This document shows positions 13,378-25,530 of a stretch of DNA of 64,000 nucleotides, piece after piece. The stretch covers positions 4,486,244 to 4,550,243 of the forward strand of contig MU058463.1 in NCBI GenBank assembly GCA_013265495.1, read 5' to 3'. A model generated the notes under the pieces. It was not told the DNA's origin and did not search any database. It saw nothing but the letters and a program-made list of their open reading frames with translations. Both the position numbers and the translations under genes were made by a program. The DNA is from Vicugna vicugna. Taxonomy: Eukaryota. The number at the start of each line of letters is the position of its first letter. Position 1 is the first letter of the stretch.

Positions 13378-14224
13378 ACCCAATGTGTTATGTTTTAACT
13401 CATGAAAAAGCTAAAAAAAACTATATCAAAACCCAAATAATAATTTTTGATGGTCAGTTCCCTCAATATTCATTTATGGTTAGTTATTTGATGTAGTAAG
13501 TTCTGTAGGATGTATCAAAAATTTATGTGATTCAAAGTTATACTTTCTATGAGTCCCTTCTGGAGATTCTCCATGACTTTCCTGGCTGTATGTCCTCTAA
13601 CCTCTGGGCAGAGGCAGATGGGCTTTCTGTTAGGACTGACACACTTATCAGACTCTCAGCTTTTGTCAGAGAACTGCAATTCCACCCCTAGCTGGGCTGA
13701 CTCAGAAGGCAGGCGGCTCTGGATTTAACTGAAGAGACAGAATATTGCATTCTAGATACTTACTGAGTATTATCTCAAACTCTCTGCCACTTACTGTTTA
13801 CTAAAAGCTCAGTTTAGAGAACTAATACATATTGTGGCCCATTTATTCCTCTATGTGTTCTAAAATCCATGCTAAATTTAAGTCAGAGTAGAGGCTAGTT
13901 GAGTACCTGGATTGTATTATTTCAGCTCATGTAGGATTGCTTTTACAAATTGTTTCGTGATGGTGCTATTAACCTGCATTAGCTGTCTCAAACTGAGGTC
14001 TTCTGATACTTACTGCTAATCCTGGTGAGTGGTAGAGTGGCTAGAAAAAAATGCTAAGTGCTCAGTATTTGCTGAGTGAATGAATAAATGAATGAATAAA
14101 CAAATAAATAAATGATTACATAGGTATTTGATATTTATTACTATTCATTATACTACATTCATTAGGAAGGGAGAATTTTCTCATAGGACTTACTACTAAG
14201 ACTAGAGGCATTTTACCAGTATTT

Positions 14225-17200
14225 AAATTTTTTTAATTTTTAAATTAAAATATAGTAAAATTTACTTTTTGGAGCGTGTACAGCCAGTAGAACGTACAGT
14301 CAGTAGGTGTACAGTAGAATTTTAACATATGTCTACTTTCAGGTAACCATCACCACAACAGAATACAGAAAAGTTCCATCACCCTAAAAACTCACTTGTG
14401 CTTTCATTTTGTAGTCATGCCTTCCCCATTCCCCTAGTCCCTAACCACTGATCAATGACAATACAATTTTGTCTTTTTGACAATATCACAAAAATAGAAC
14501 CATACGATACATAACCTTTTGAGATTGGTTTCTTTCATTTAGCATAATTTCCTTGAGATCATCCAAGTTGCTGTGTATATCATTAATTTATTTCTTTTTG
14601 TTGCTAAATAGTATTCCATCATATGACTGTAACATTATCTTCTTACCCACTGAAAGGTGTTTGGGTTCTTTCAAGTTTTAGTTATTTTAAATAAAGCTGT
14701 TATGAACATTCAGGTACTGTTGTGTGTGTGTGTGTGTGTATAAGTTTTTGTTTCTCAAGGGAAATAAGTAGAAGTGAGAATGTGGGATCACATGGTAAGT
14801 GTATGTTTAACTTCATAATGAACTGCTAAACTGCTTTCTGGAGCAGTTGTATAGTTTTACATTCCCACAAGCAATGTGTGGGAGGTTGGGTTGCTCTGCT
14901 TGCTTGCCAACCCTTAGTATTGTTAGTAATTGTTGTTTGGGACATTCTAATAAGTATGTTATATCTTCAGATCCACAAACACGAGGTGACTCTGTTTATC
15001 AAGGTCTTCTTCAATCTCTTTCATCAGCATTTTGTAATTTTTAGCATGTCGGTTCGGTATATGTTTGGTTAGATTTATATCTAAATAATTTTTCTTTTGG
15101 AGCTATTATAAATGGCATTTTTAAAAATTTCAATTTCTACTTGTTCATTAGTGATATAAATATAATTGATCATGGTGTGTTGACTTTGTATCCTACATCC
15201 TTACCAAAGTCACTTCATTGCCTTAGGAGATTTATTGTAGATTACATGGGATATTCTAGGCAGACAATCATGCCATCTCTCAAAAGAGAGAGTTTTATTC
15301 CTCCCTTTCCAATCTATGTGTATTTTTGTTCTTATCCTATCTTATTGTTCTAAGAATTTCAGTACAATTTTGAATAGATGTGATGAGATGGACTTCCTGT
15401 GCTGTTCCTTATCTTACAAGGAAAGTATTCACTCTTTCACCCTTCAGTGTGATGTTAGCTGTGAGTTGTAGATGCCTTTTATCAGGCAGAGGAAGTGCTC
15501 TTCTGTTCCTAGGTTGCTTAGATGTTGTATCATGAATGGATACTGAATTTTGTCAAATTGCTTCTCTGCATCCATTGATATGATCATCTGGCTTTTCTTC
15601 TTTACGGTGTTAAAATATGGTGGGTACACTGACTGATTTTCAATGATGAAACCAGTTTTGCATTTGTTGTAATGAGTCATACTTTTTATAATTGCTGGAT
15701 TTGATTTGCTGATACTTTGTTAAGGATTTTTGCATTTGTAGTTTGTTATATTGTTATCTTTCTTGTTCAGTCTTTGCTTATGGGATGAGAGTAATGCTGG
15801 TTTTATAAAATGACTTGGAGGTGTTTCCTTCAGTTATCTGGAAAAGATTGTGTAGAACTGATACTGTTTCTTTTTAAATATTTGGTAGAATTCACCATAT
15901 AAACCTAAAGATTCATTTTCTGCAAGATTCTAAAAAGTGAATTCTTTTTTTTTTAATTTGTTGAGAATTTTTTAATGGTCAAAGATATATTCTATCTTGG
16001 CGTATCTGTGGACATTTGAAAATAATGTGTATTCTGCTGTTGCTGGGTGGATTATTCTATAAATGTTGTTCCACTTTCTTTTGGCCTCCATGGTTTCTAC
16101 TCAAAAATACATAGTAATTAAAATTATTGTTCTTGTATAAGTAATGCATCGTTTTTCTCTGGATGTTTTCAAGATATTTTCCTTATGTTTAGTTTTCAGC
16201 AGTTTGATCATAATACATCTGGGCATGAATTTCTTTATATTTATCCTATATGGGATTCACTGCACTTTATGTATTCCATCAAATTCAGGAAGGAATTACA
16301 TCCATTATTTTTTAAAACATTTTCTTCTGCATTATGTTCTTTCCATTTATTCTGGGCTTCTGATGACATAAATACTAGACCTTCTGGTATTAACCCATTG
16401 GTCCCTGAAGCTCTGTTCATTAAAAAAAAAACAATATTCCTCTGTGTTTTTCAGACTGAATGATTTCTGTTGATCTGTTTTCAAGTTTATTGAATTTTCT
16501 GCTGTCATTTTCACTTTGCTATTAAGCCCATACAGTAAGTTTTTCTAAAAAATTTTTGGTTACTGTATGTTTTTCATTCCTAAAATTTTTGGTTCTTTCA
16601 ATCTTCTATTTCTTTGCCAAATTTTTTTAGCTCTTTGTTTATTTCAACTGTGTTTTCAGTTGCTTGTTGGTGCATTTTTTGCAGTAGCTATTTTAAAGTC
16701 TTTGTTGGATGATTTAAACATGTGTGTCACCTTGGTAGTGACATCTATATACTTTCTTGTCCTATGTGAGTTAGGATTTTCCTGGGTCTTCATATACTGG
16801 GTAAGTCTAGATTGTATTCTGGATATTTTGAATATTATGAACTCTACATATCATTTTTTTCTTTTTTTAATTGAAAAATATTTGATGTATAATATTACAT
16901 AAGTCATAGGTGTACAATATAAAGATTCACAATTTTTAAAGGTTATATATACTCCATTTATAATTATTATAAAACATTGGCTATATTTCCCACGTTGCAC
17001 AATATATCTTTGTAACTTATTTTATACCTAGTAGTTTGTACCTTTTAATCCTCTACCCCCATATTGCCCCTTCCCCTTCCCCCTTCTTACTGGTAAATAC
17101 TAGTTTGTTCTCTGTGAGTCTGCTTCTTTTTTGTTATATTTACTACTCTGTTCTATTTTTTTAGATTCTACATATAAGTGATGTCATACAGTATTTGTCT

Positions 17201-18630
17201 TTCTCTGACTTATTTCACTTAGCATAATGACTTCCAAGCCCATCTATGTTGCTGCAAATGGCAAACTTTCATTCTTTTTTGTGGCTGAGCAGTATTCTAT
17301 GTGTGTGTGTTTGTGTGTGTGTGTGTGTATGTGTGTGTGTGTACACACCACATCTTCTTTATCTATTCATCTGTTGATAGGCACTTAGAATGCTTCCATA
17401 TCTTGGCAAGTATAAATAATACTGCTATGAACATTGGGGTGCATGTATCTTTTTGAGTTAATGTTTTTGGGTTTTTTTTCAGATATATATCTAGGAGTGG
17501 AATTTCTGGGCCATATGATAGTTGTATTTTTACTATTTGAGAAACCTCCATATTGTTTTCCACTGTGGCTGTACCAATTTACATTCCCACCAACAGCGTA
17601 TGAGGGTTCCCTTTTCTCCACATCTTCACCAACATTTGTTATTGGTATTCTTTTTGATGATAGCCATCCTGACAGGTTTGAGATGGCATCTCACTGCAGT
17701 GAAACTCTGCATGTTGTTTAAATCCAATGGAGAGCATTGGTATTTTTCTTTTAGCAGTCAATCAGTCCAGTTGGGTTCAGCCTGCACATTTTCACCAACC
17801 CTCTGTCGGCTGTAGTTTCAATGTTCATCCTTCGTCAAAATTTTTTCAGTGCTATTCAGATCTGTGTCACATGTGCGTCACCCAGTGGCCAGTTCTGGGA
17901 CCTGGGTGGTGGTCTATACCTTGGTTCAGTTCTCCAGGTCTTTACTAGGCAAGTCTAAGATTAGATCCACACACGTGCAGCTCAAATGAGTCTCGATGGT
18001 CACAAACTAATTTATGGGATCAGTTTTCTGAGTTTTTCCCTCTCAGTGATCCCCTGGTACTTTCCAGTTCTTTGGAGACACTCTTTTCAATCTTTTGGCC
18101 AGAAACTTAAAACTTTATTTACCTCACATCGCCATGCACTCCCATGACTGCATGTCTGTGGCCAAGAGGTGGAAGGACAGGGAGAGAGAAAAAGCACCAG
18201 GGGTTTACCTGTTCTCTTGGGACCAAAGCTCCTCTGATCATGGAAGATGTTTCCTCTTCTATAGAGTTGTAGGTGTTTAGATATTTAGTTTGGTTTAGGA
18301 ACCTGCTGCTCCAGGTCCTGCTGCTTTTGGTGCCAGTAGATGTCTTTCCCACTCCCTGAACCTATACAATGGGCTTCTCCTCCTTCCAGTCCTCATGAGT
18401 GCCCTCTTCTGTGTTTCTTCCAAGTCCTGGCTGGAGCTACTGGAGAAAAACAATGGGAAACCCACTACCAGTTCAGCAACACTTTGGATTTCAGTCTGCT
18501 TTCTTAATACCCCTGCTAGATTTCAGAGTCTTTAAATAGCTCTTCCTTGCATTCTGTCCAGACTTTATGGCTGTATTCAGTGGCAGAGACAGGGCAGTGA
18601 GTGCTTACTCTGTATTACCTGGAACAAAAA
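14225..18630 (-). mobile_element. old, internally deleted L1M (L1MC/MD-like) element, interrupted by a younger L1 at 16857-17702
   Basis: L1M 3' end at ~14225-14950; ORF2 remnant 15444-15680 (MIISMDAEKQFDKIQYPFMI); EN-region remnant ~16010-16060; ORF1/5'-like sequence to ~18630, where the boundary is uncertain. Confidence 0.7.
16857..17702 (-). mobile_element. 5'-truncated L1 3' end (L1MA-age) nested in an older L1
   Basis: ORF 17363-17563 translates to the ORF2 C-terminus ([11 protein letters not shown]); 3'UTR with T-rich tail at ~16857; possible decayed TSD 16840-16856 / 17703-17719 (13/17, all transitions); (TG)n at ~17300-17342. Confidence 0.88.
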
Positions 18631-20314
18631 CCCTACTGTGGTTTGCTTTGTATCCTGAACAGAGTGACTCATGGAACTTACAGCTTATCTCTCATTGCCT
18701 TTCAGAAATTTTGAAGTCAAGTTTTGGCTGACCTATGCCCATACCCATAGCCCAGGTTACTCTGTGGTGTTATGAACCTTTAGCCACTATATTGTATCTC
18801 AGAGGTTTGAGAAAGGTCTAGGAAATCTACATAAACATCATCTTCTAAACCTTGCTTTCCTCCTTGCTGCCCCCTTGAGTCATGTGTGCTTTTGTGTGTG
18901 TATGTGTTCTACACCCTGAAGAATCTTATGATCTAGCTAGAATGAAAGGAAGACATTTGTAAAACAAATGTGATTCATTCTTGCAAGATTATTCACAGTT
19001 TTCTGAATATAATATGCTATTTAATGCCTTCATGCTAATGCTTGTGGTATTTTTCTACCTAAAATGCTTTTGCATTCTTTTATGACTGGAAAATTCCTAT
19101 TCATCCTCCAAAGGCCTTTGTAACATATTTTTTTTTAAATCTCTTTCAGCCTCTTTAATTGATCTGCTGCAGACAAAGCTGGTTGCTTTTCTTTTTATGC
19201 TCCAAGAAGGCATTATTAACATACCAATATTTTTATGTTGTGGTATGTTCCATTATTTTTTCCAGTTACCTTCTCCTTCCCCTGTAAGAGTATAACACAT
19301 CCCCATCCTTGCCATGGTGCCAAGTGGATGGTGTTTTTCTGTCCCATAGTCAGGATGGGCCAATTCCATTAATTTAGAGATGAGGCATCAAAACCCAGAG
19401 ATTCTGACTGACTGAACCCAGCAAAGCTGACTATTGGGAAGTTTGAGGATAGAAATTGGGCCTGTGATCCTTCCCCTCAAAACTAAAGATTGACACTTCA
19501 GGACTCTTAAGGAAAAATAAACTACATAATAAAATGCAAAATGATCCTGAAATTATACCAGGTTAGAAGCAGAAAAGAGACCTGACAGTCCAGCTCCAGT
19601 CTCCCTAATTCTTATCCTTCTCTGCTCTTAAACATGTCATTTTGGTCAGACCACTGATGACAATTTGTCTTTAAAAAGGCCTTTGCATCAACTTTTAAAC
19701 AGCAAAAACTAAAAGACAGGAAAAAAGAAAAAAGGGAAAAAAAAAACCACAACAAAAAACCTAGTAGGCTGCTGGTGTTTTGAGAATCACAAGAAAATTG
19801 ACAGATCACTCAGCCCCTAAGCCCCAGCTACTATAGCTATCCATTATGTATCATAATTCTGGCTTGTCCTTTGAAATATTCAGATAAAGAGTCTCTAAAG
19901 AAACAAAATAATTAAGATGATTAGTTATTGCAGAAAAAAGTTTTAGTCAGTGTTCCATATAGTGTCCTTCATGTTACATTATTCTCAGTTCTTATCCTCA
20001 GCTACAGATACAGGCAATACACTAAGAGACACAGAAGGGGGGGCTCCAATGGGGAGGGGACAAAAACCAGTCCGTGCTCAGCATCTCTGAGCAAGATGTT
20101 GCCTTATTCATATAGCCTCATTCAATATTTCTAACAAGCCCCTCTAAGAAAAGAAAGGTAAAACAACTGAGGCTCAGAGAAGATACATTTCTCAAGATAT
20201 TGAACACAATACCAAGACTTAAATGCAAACCTTTCTAACTCCGAAATCCATACTCTTAAGATAGGTTGATTTCTTCCTTTGCATTGCATGCACATCTTAA
20301 AATTAAGTGGATCA

Positions 20315-20963
20315 ACTAAAAATAGACTTACCCTATGATCCAACAATCCCACTCCTGGGCATATATCCAGAGAGAACTCTAATTCAAAAAGATACACTCA
20401 CCATAATGTTCATAGCAACACTATTTACAATAGCCAAGACATGGAAACAATCTCAATGTCCATCGACAGATGACTGGATAAAGAAGTTGTGGTATATATA
20501 TATAGCAATGGAATACTACTCAAACATTAAAAAGAATAAAATAATGCCATTTGCAGCAACATGGATGGACCTGGAGATTGTCATTTTAAGTGAAGTAAGC
20601 CAGAAAAAGAAAGAAAAATACCATATGATATCACTTACATGTGGAATCTGAAAAAAGACACAAGTGAACTTATCTACAAAACAGAAACAGACTCACAGAC
20701 ATAGAAAACAAATTTATGGTTCTTGGGGGGGTGGGAAAGGATAAATTGAGAGTTTGAGATTTACAGATACTACTATATATAAAATAGATAAACAAGTTCA
20801 TACTGTATAGCACAGGGAACTATATTTAATATCCTGTAGTAACCTATAGTGAAAAAGAATATGAAAAGGAATATATGTATGTATATGTAGGACTGAAACA
20901 TTATGCTGTACACCAGAAATTGACACAACATTGTAAACTGACTATACTTTAATAAAAAAAGAG
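20315..20963 (+). mobile_element. 5'-truncated lineage-specific L1 3' end
   Basis: ORF 20307-20651 is the ORF2 C-terminus ([15 protein letters not shown]...[10 protein letters not shown]); AATAAA and A tail; exact 11-bp TSD TAAGTGGATCA (20304-20314, 20964-20974). Confidence 0.95.
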
Positions 20964-21803
20964 TAAGTGGATCAGTTGGACTAGGGGTGTGTGGTGAGGC
21001 AAGAAGAGATATGTAAACAATATTGACTGGCTCTCTGTGCACATTTATTATTTTATCATTTCATACATTGCTTGCTGACTATTTTTGAGGCACTGTGAGA
21101 TAGAGATGAAGTTGACACAGTCCCCATCTTCAAGGACCTTAAGGTCTTATAACAGGAAGGAATCTTCACTTAACTGCAGGAAAAGTATTCTAAGTACTCA
21201 GTTGTGTAAGCAGAGGTGGTTCTAAAATTTCTATATAGGAGGGGCAATTTGATATTCTACACATCCATTCCCACTTCTTTCTATGTCCTGTCTTCTGTTA
21301 CCAAAGGCTGGAAAGCAAAAGTCTAGTTTTTCCAGAACCCCTTGCAGCTAATTTTCTCAGTCTAAAATAGGTTCCACCAAATAGATGCACTTGCATGAGT
21401 CTGGGAAAGCAGAAGAGAAGCAGAGGTCATCTTCCTGGCAGTCCTGCTGATAAGCTGGAATCACAGTTGTGAATGTTGAGGGAAGTTCCAGCAGCTAGAA
21501 CCAGTCTCTCCATCACCCGCATTGTGGGAGTCAGAGATGACTGTGGTGGCCTCAGCGGTTGGCTTGATATTAGGGTTGTCTTGATTCCTATGGTGGAGTG
21601 TTCTTGAAACCAATAGTTCCAAAGTCATCCCGGCTCTTTCTCCTCTAACCCTTCCAACAACTTTGAAAGCACTTAATCCTTATAATCTTTCTTATTTATA
21701 TATGTAGAGTAGCATCTATTTCCTGCCCAAATGCCTGATGGATATAAAAAGTCTTAGGGTGAAGAAGTGGTTGGAAGGGGGAGAGAGTACAGAATGTATC
21801 TGG

Positions 21804-22249
21804 ACATGGATAGACCTGGAGGCCGTCATTCTAACTGAAGTAAGCCAGAAAGAGAAAGAAAAATACCATATGATATCACTTATATGTGAAATAAAAAAAA
21901 AAAGACACACAAACGAAATGAATTTATTTACAGAACAGAAACAGACTCACAGACATAGAAAACAAACTTATGGTTAACATGGGGGAAAAAGGGATGGGAA
22001 GGGATAAAATAGGACTTCAAGATTTGCAGATACTAACTAATACATATAAAATAGATAAGCAAAAAGTTTCTACCATATAGCACATGCAACTGTATTCAAT
22101 ATCCTGTAGTAACCTATAATGGAAATGAATATGAAAGGGAATATATATATACATACATATATATGTATGACTGAAACATTATGCTGCACACCAGAAATTG
22201 ACACAACACTGTTAACTGACTATATGTCAATAAAAATAAATAAATAAGT
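21804..22249 (+). mobile_element. L1 3' stub, same family as 20315-20963, apparently nested in an older L1M 3' end
   Basis: [28 protein letters not shown], matching 3'UTR and (AAAT)n tail; no TSD found; L1M-type 3' sequence resumes at ~22260-22380. Confidence 0.9.
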
Positions 22250-22931
22250 AACTTTTTTAAAAGGGAGGACTTGAGGAAAATCTTGGGGGGAGTGAAGGAT
22301 AGTTTCAGTCTGGGTTGTTTCTCTGGATGTTTCACAGGGGTATACATATGTCAAAATTAATCAAGTTGTACACCTTAAACAGTACATTTGTACATTTAAA
22401 CATGTACGAATTATACACTTTAAATGCATTTTCATAAACAAATTTAACAAATTGTACACTTTAAAGATGTTAAATATCACGTTTTAAAACTCTTAGCCAT
22501 TTTCCCAAGTCTGAAATCACATTTTGAAAAAATGTATTATTAAGAACAAAAAACAATTTTACATATTAGAAAGCTTAGATACATTCAGTATGTATTTATT
22601 TAGCACCTCTGAAATGCCAGATGTGATTCTAGGTTCGGGGGATGCTTCAGTTTTTGTCTTTTGGAGCTTAATCCTGATAGGAGAGATTAACAATAAAGAA
22701 CAAAAACTATATAATTTATTACCACATAGCATCAAATGCTGTGAAAGAAATAAGAAAGTGTAAGAAGATACTTCAATAAAAATTAAAAAAAAACAAATTA
22801 TCTTGAGCAGTCATTTACATGGGAGACACCTTGTGTCTCTGTAATTGTGTTTATTTTGATTGGCTTAGGTAATAAATGGCTTTAATGGATAGGCTTGCTT
22901 CAAATAAATCACACCAAAATTTTGCTTGCCT

Positions 22932-23073
22932 ATTTTCTTTCTTCCTTCCTTTCCTCCCTCTCTCCTTTCTTTTCTTCCTTCCTTTCTTTCTCCCTTCCTT
23001 CCTTCCTCCTTTCCTTCCTTTCTCTCTTCTTTCCTTCCTTCCTTCATTTCCTTCTTTCCTTCTTTCTTTCTTC
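22932..23073 (+). repeat. (CTTC/CTTT)n polypyrimidine low-complexity tract
   Basis: ~140 bp almost exclusively C and T on the plus strand. Confidence 0.95.
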
Positions 23074-23490
23074 CACCTGTGTATCCTAACCTCTCAATTG
23101 AGTATAGGCAAGACTACCAGGCAAAGCAGATTAAACGATCCTGTTTATGTTTTGTTTGTTCCTGTAACTAATACTTAATTGGAATGATTCTCACCCACTC
23201 CAGGTCAAGAATCTGTGAGACATGGGACTGAAGTATAAACATACTTTGAAACCAAAACTAATTTTTAAACCAAAAGTATAATAGTGATTTAATATAGAAA
23301 AATGCTGAATTTTTAAGATAATATTAGGCTATGTTGCTTTTGAAACAGAATGTCTGTCTTGAATGCTGAAACCCATTTCAACATGACAATAGTTTTTCTT
23401 CTTTACTGACTAAAATGAAGAAAAAACTGGTGGTTTGCTGACTTCTATTTACCAACTAGTTTTGCTGATTTTTATTAATAATTACTTAGA

Positions 23491-23941
23491 TGCCATTTAC
23501 AACATGTGTGGACCTAGAGGTTCTTATGCTGAGTGAAATGTCAGACAGGAAAAGACAAATACTATATGATTTCACTTGTATGTGGAAACTAAAAAACAAA
23601 GCAAATGAACAAACAAGACAAAACAGAAAGAGACTCATAGACTCAGAGAACAAACTGGTGGTCGAAAGAGAAGGGGGCTGAGGGGTCGGGTGAAATAGGT
23701 GAAAGGGATTAAGTACAAACTTCCAGTTATAAAAAACGTTAAGTCATAAGAATGTTATGCTGTAACGTACAGCATAGGGAATAAAGTCGAGTGTTGTAGT
23801 AACTTTGAATGGTGACAGGCAGCAGACTTATCGTGGTGATCAATCCATACGTATATTAATGTAGAACCATATGTTGTATGGCTGGAACTAATATAATCTT
23901 ACATGTTGACTATACTTCAATAAAAAAAATAAAAAGGAAAA
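23491..23941 (+). mobile_element. L1 3' stub (older, L1MA-like)
   Basis: PFTTCVDLEVLMLSEMS ORF2 tail, 3'UTR, TATACTTCAATAAAAAAA; TSD 15/18 (23477-23494 / 23942-23959). Confidence 0.88.
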
Positions 23942-24329
23942 AATAATTATATAGGTGCCTTAGAGTAAGTATAAAAAATATTCTGCTTCTATCTGTAGTG
24001 TATTTTATAATCTTTTCTATGAAATGTGTGTTGTTTAACCAGATAAGCTAATTAGTGAATGGGTTACATCATTTGTATTTGTTTGCCTAGTGGACAAGAA
24101 CTATGCCTGGTACACTTCTGGCTTTTAATAAATATTCATTGGTTTAAATGCCCTGCTTAAAGGAAATTGAGAGAGTGTAAAAGCCATCTCAGGCAATCCC
24201 TTATACTGTCTCCCTACTTTCTATGGTCCAGAGAGCATGACAGAGGTGCTGATAAGGTAATAATAAGGCTGGTCTATAAGATGTGGGTTAAGAGGTAGGG
24301 TGGCCAGTCAGGGAAGACTCCAAAGAGGA

Positions 24330-24950
24330 GGAAACCCTTGTGTTGAGTCTTGGGAGATGGAGATCCTTTGCCTAGAAGATATGGGGAAGGGCGGGGTGTT
24401 CCAGGTAGAGGAGCACAAGGATAGAAGCCTGGAAGTAAACGAAGACACTGGGAACCCACAGAACTGCAGATTGCTCCGTGTGCCTGGAGCACAGGCAGCT
24501 GGGAGAAGGAGACCTAGAGAGGTCCTCACTGGTCCAAACCTTCAGCATAAGGTCCGCCTCACCACAGAGTTTGCACTGGGGCAGTGGGAACATTTTGATG
24601 GGTTTGAAGCCTGGAAGCAACATGGTTAGTTTGAATTTGGGGAAGAACACTCTAGCTGTGGCAATGAAGATGTCTGAGAATGATACTGGAGGCAGGAGGA
24701 CACCCAGAAATTCAGTGAGAGAAGATGTTAAGATGACAGAAGGTTGATTCCAGTGGGCTGAAGAGTGAAAGATGAGGCTGTGTCACTGGGAGGGCAGACT
24801 GGTCCCCAGAGAAGCTTAGCTGAAAATCAAAAAAGAGGGGGACACTAACTAAAGAGCTACAGAGTTAAAGGTGCTTTTTGTTTATTTATTTATTTGTTTG
24901 TTTGTCTAATGTGTGAGGCTTCAGCAAGCCTACTGGGTAAGTGGAAGAAA
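24330..24950 (+). mobile_element. degenerate L2 LINE fragment (strand tentative)
   Basis: Purine-rich L2-like phrases (GTGTTCCAGGTAGAGGAGCAC, GGGAACATTTTGATGGGTTTGAAGC, AAGAACACTCTAGCTG). Confidence 0.45.
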
Positions 24951-25089
24951 TGAGGAAAGAAAAGCACTAGAAATATGAGATATATTGGTCTGTTTGTTTA
25001 ATGAACATTTGGCATTTATTAGTTAAATGGTAACTGTATATACTCTTTGCCTTTCGTGTCTAGGATGTCATTCTTTAAAAATGCTGACT

Positions 25090-25530
25090 CAGCAAAGATA
25101 TACATATAGGGCTGTTCATAGTAGCATTGTTTATACAGAAGAAAAATGGAAATTACCTAAAATGGATATAATTAGAAGATTGTTTGAAAGACATTTGACA
25201 TATTCAAATAATGGAATACTATGTTGCCTTTTAAAAGACTGAGGTAGATAAGAAAATATTTATAATACATTGATAAGTGACCAAAGCTAATCGCAGAAAA
25301 TATGCACATTTTGATTCTATTATAAAAATATGTATATGTGTCATGTCCATTTATATGTTTGTGAATTACATGCACATATAATTTGTATCAGTACATGCAT
25401 AGGAAAAAAAGTCCTTTCAGAATTTGCAAACTGTTAACTGCGGAAAGGACGTGATTATAGGAGACTTTTATCTTCTGTTTTATTTATTTCTCTATCATTT
25501 GATTGTTAACAACACATGCATTTTTTATCC
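25090..25530 (+). mobile_element. old L1ME 3' fragment
   Basis: TGTTCATAGTAGCATTGTTTATA..AAAAATGGAAATTACCTAAA...ATGGAATACTATG, ORF2 tail-like DNA. Confidence 0.6.

Noticed and set aside
14277..14318. Short degenerate repeats GTACAGYCAGTAG (similar TTGTACAC repeats at ~22360-22470)
   Set aside because: Local slippage inside old L1 3' ends; no regular repeat-spacer structure, not CRISPR-like
22865..23178. F/L/P/S-rich and K/E/G/R-rich ORFs
   Set aside because: Translations of the CTTC/CTTT low-complexity tract
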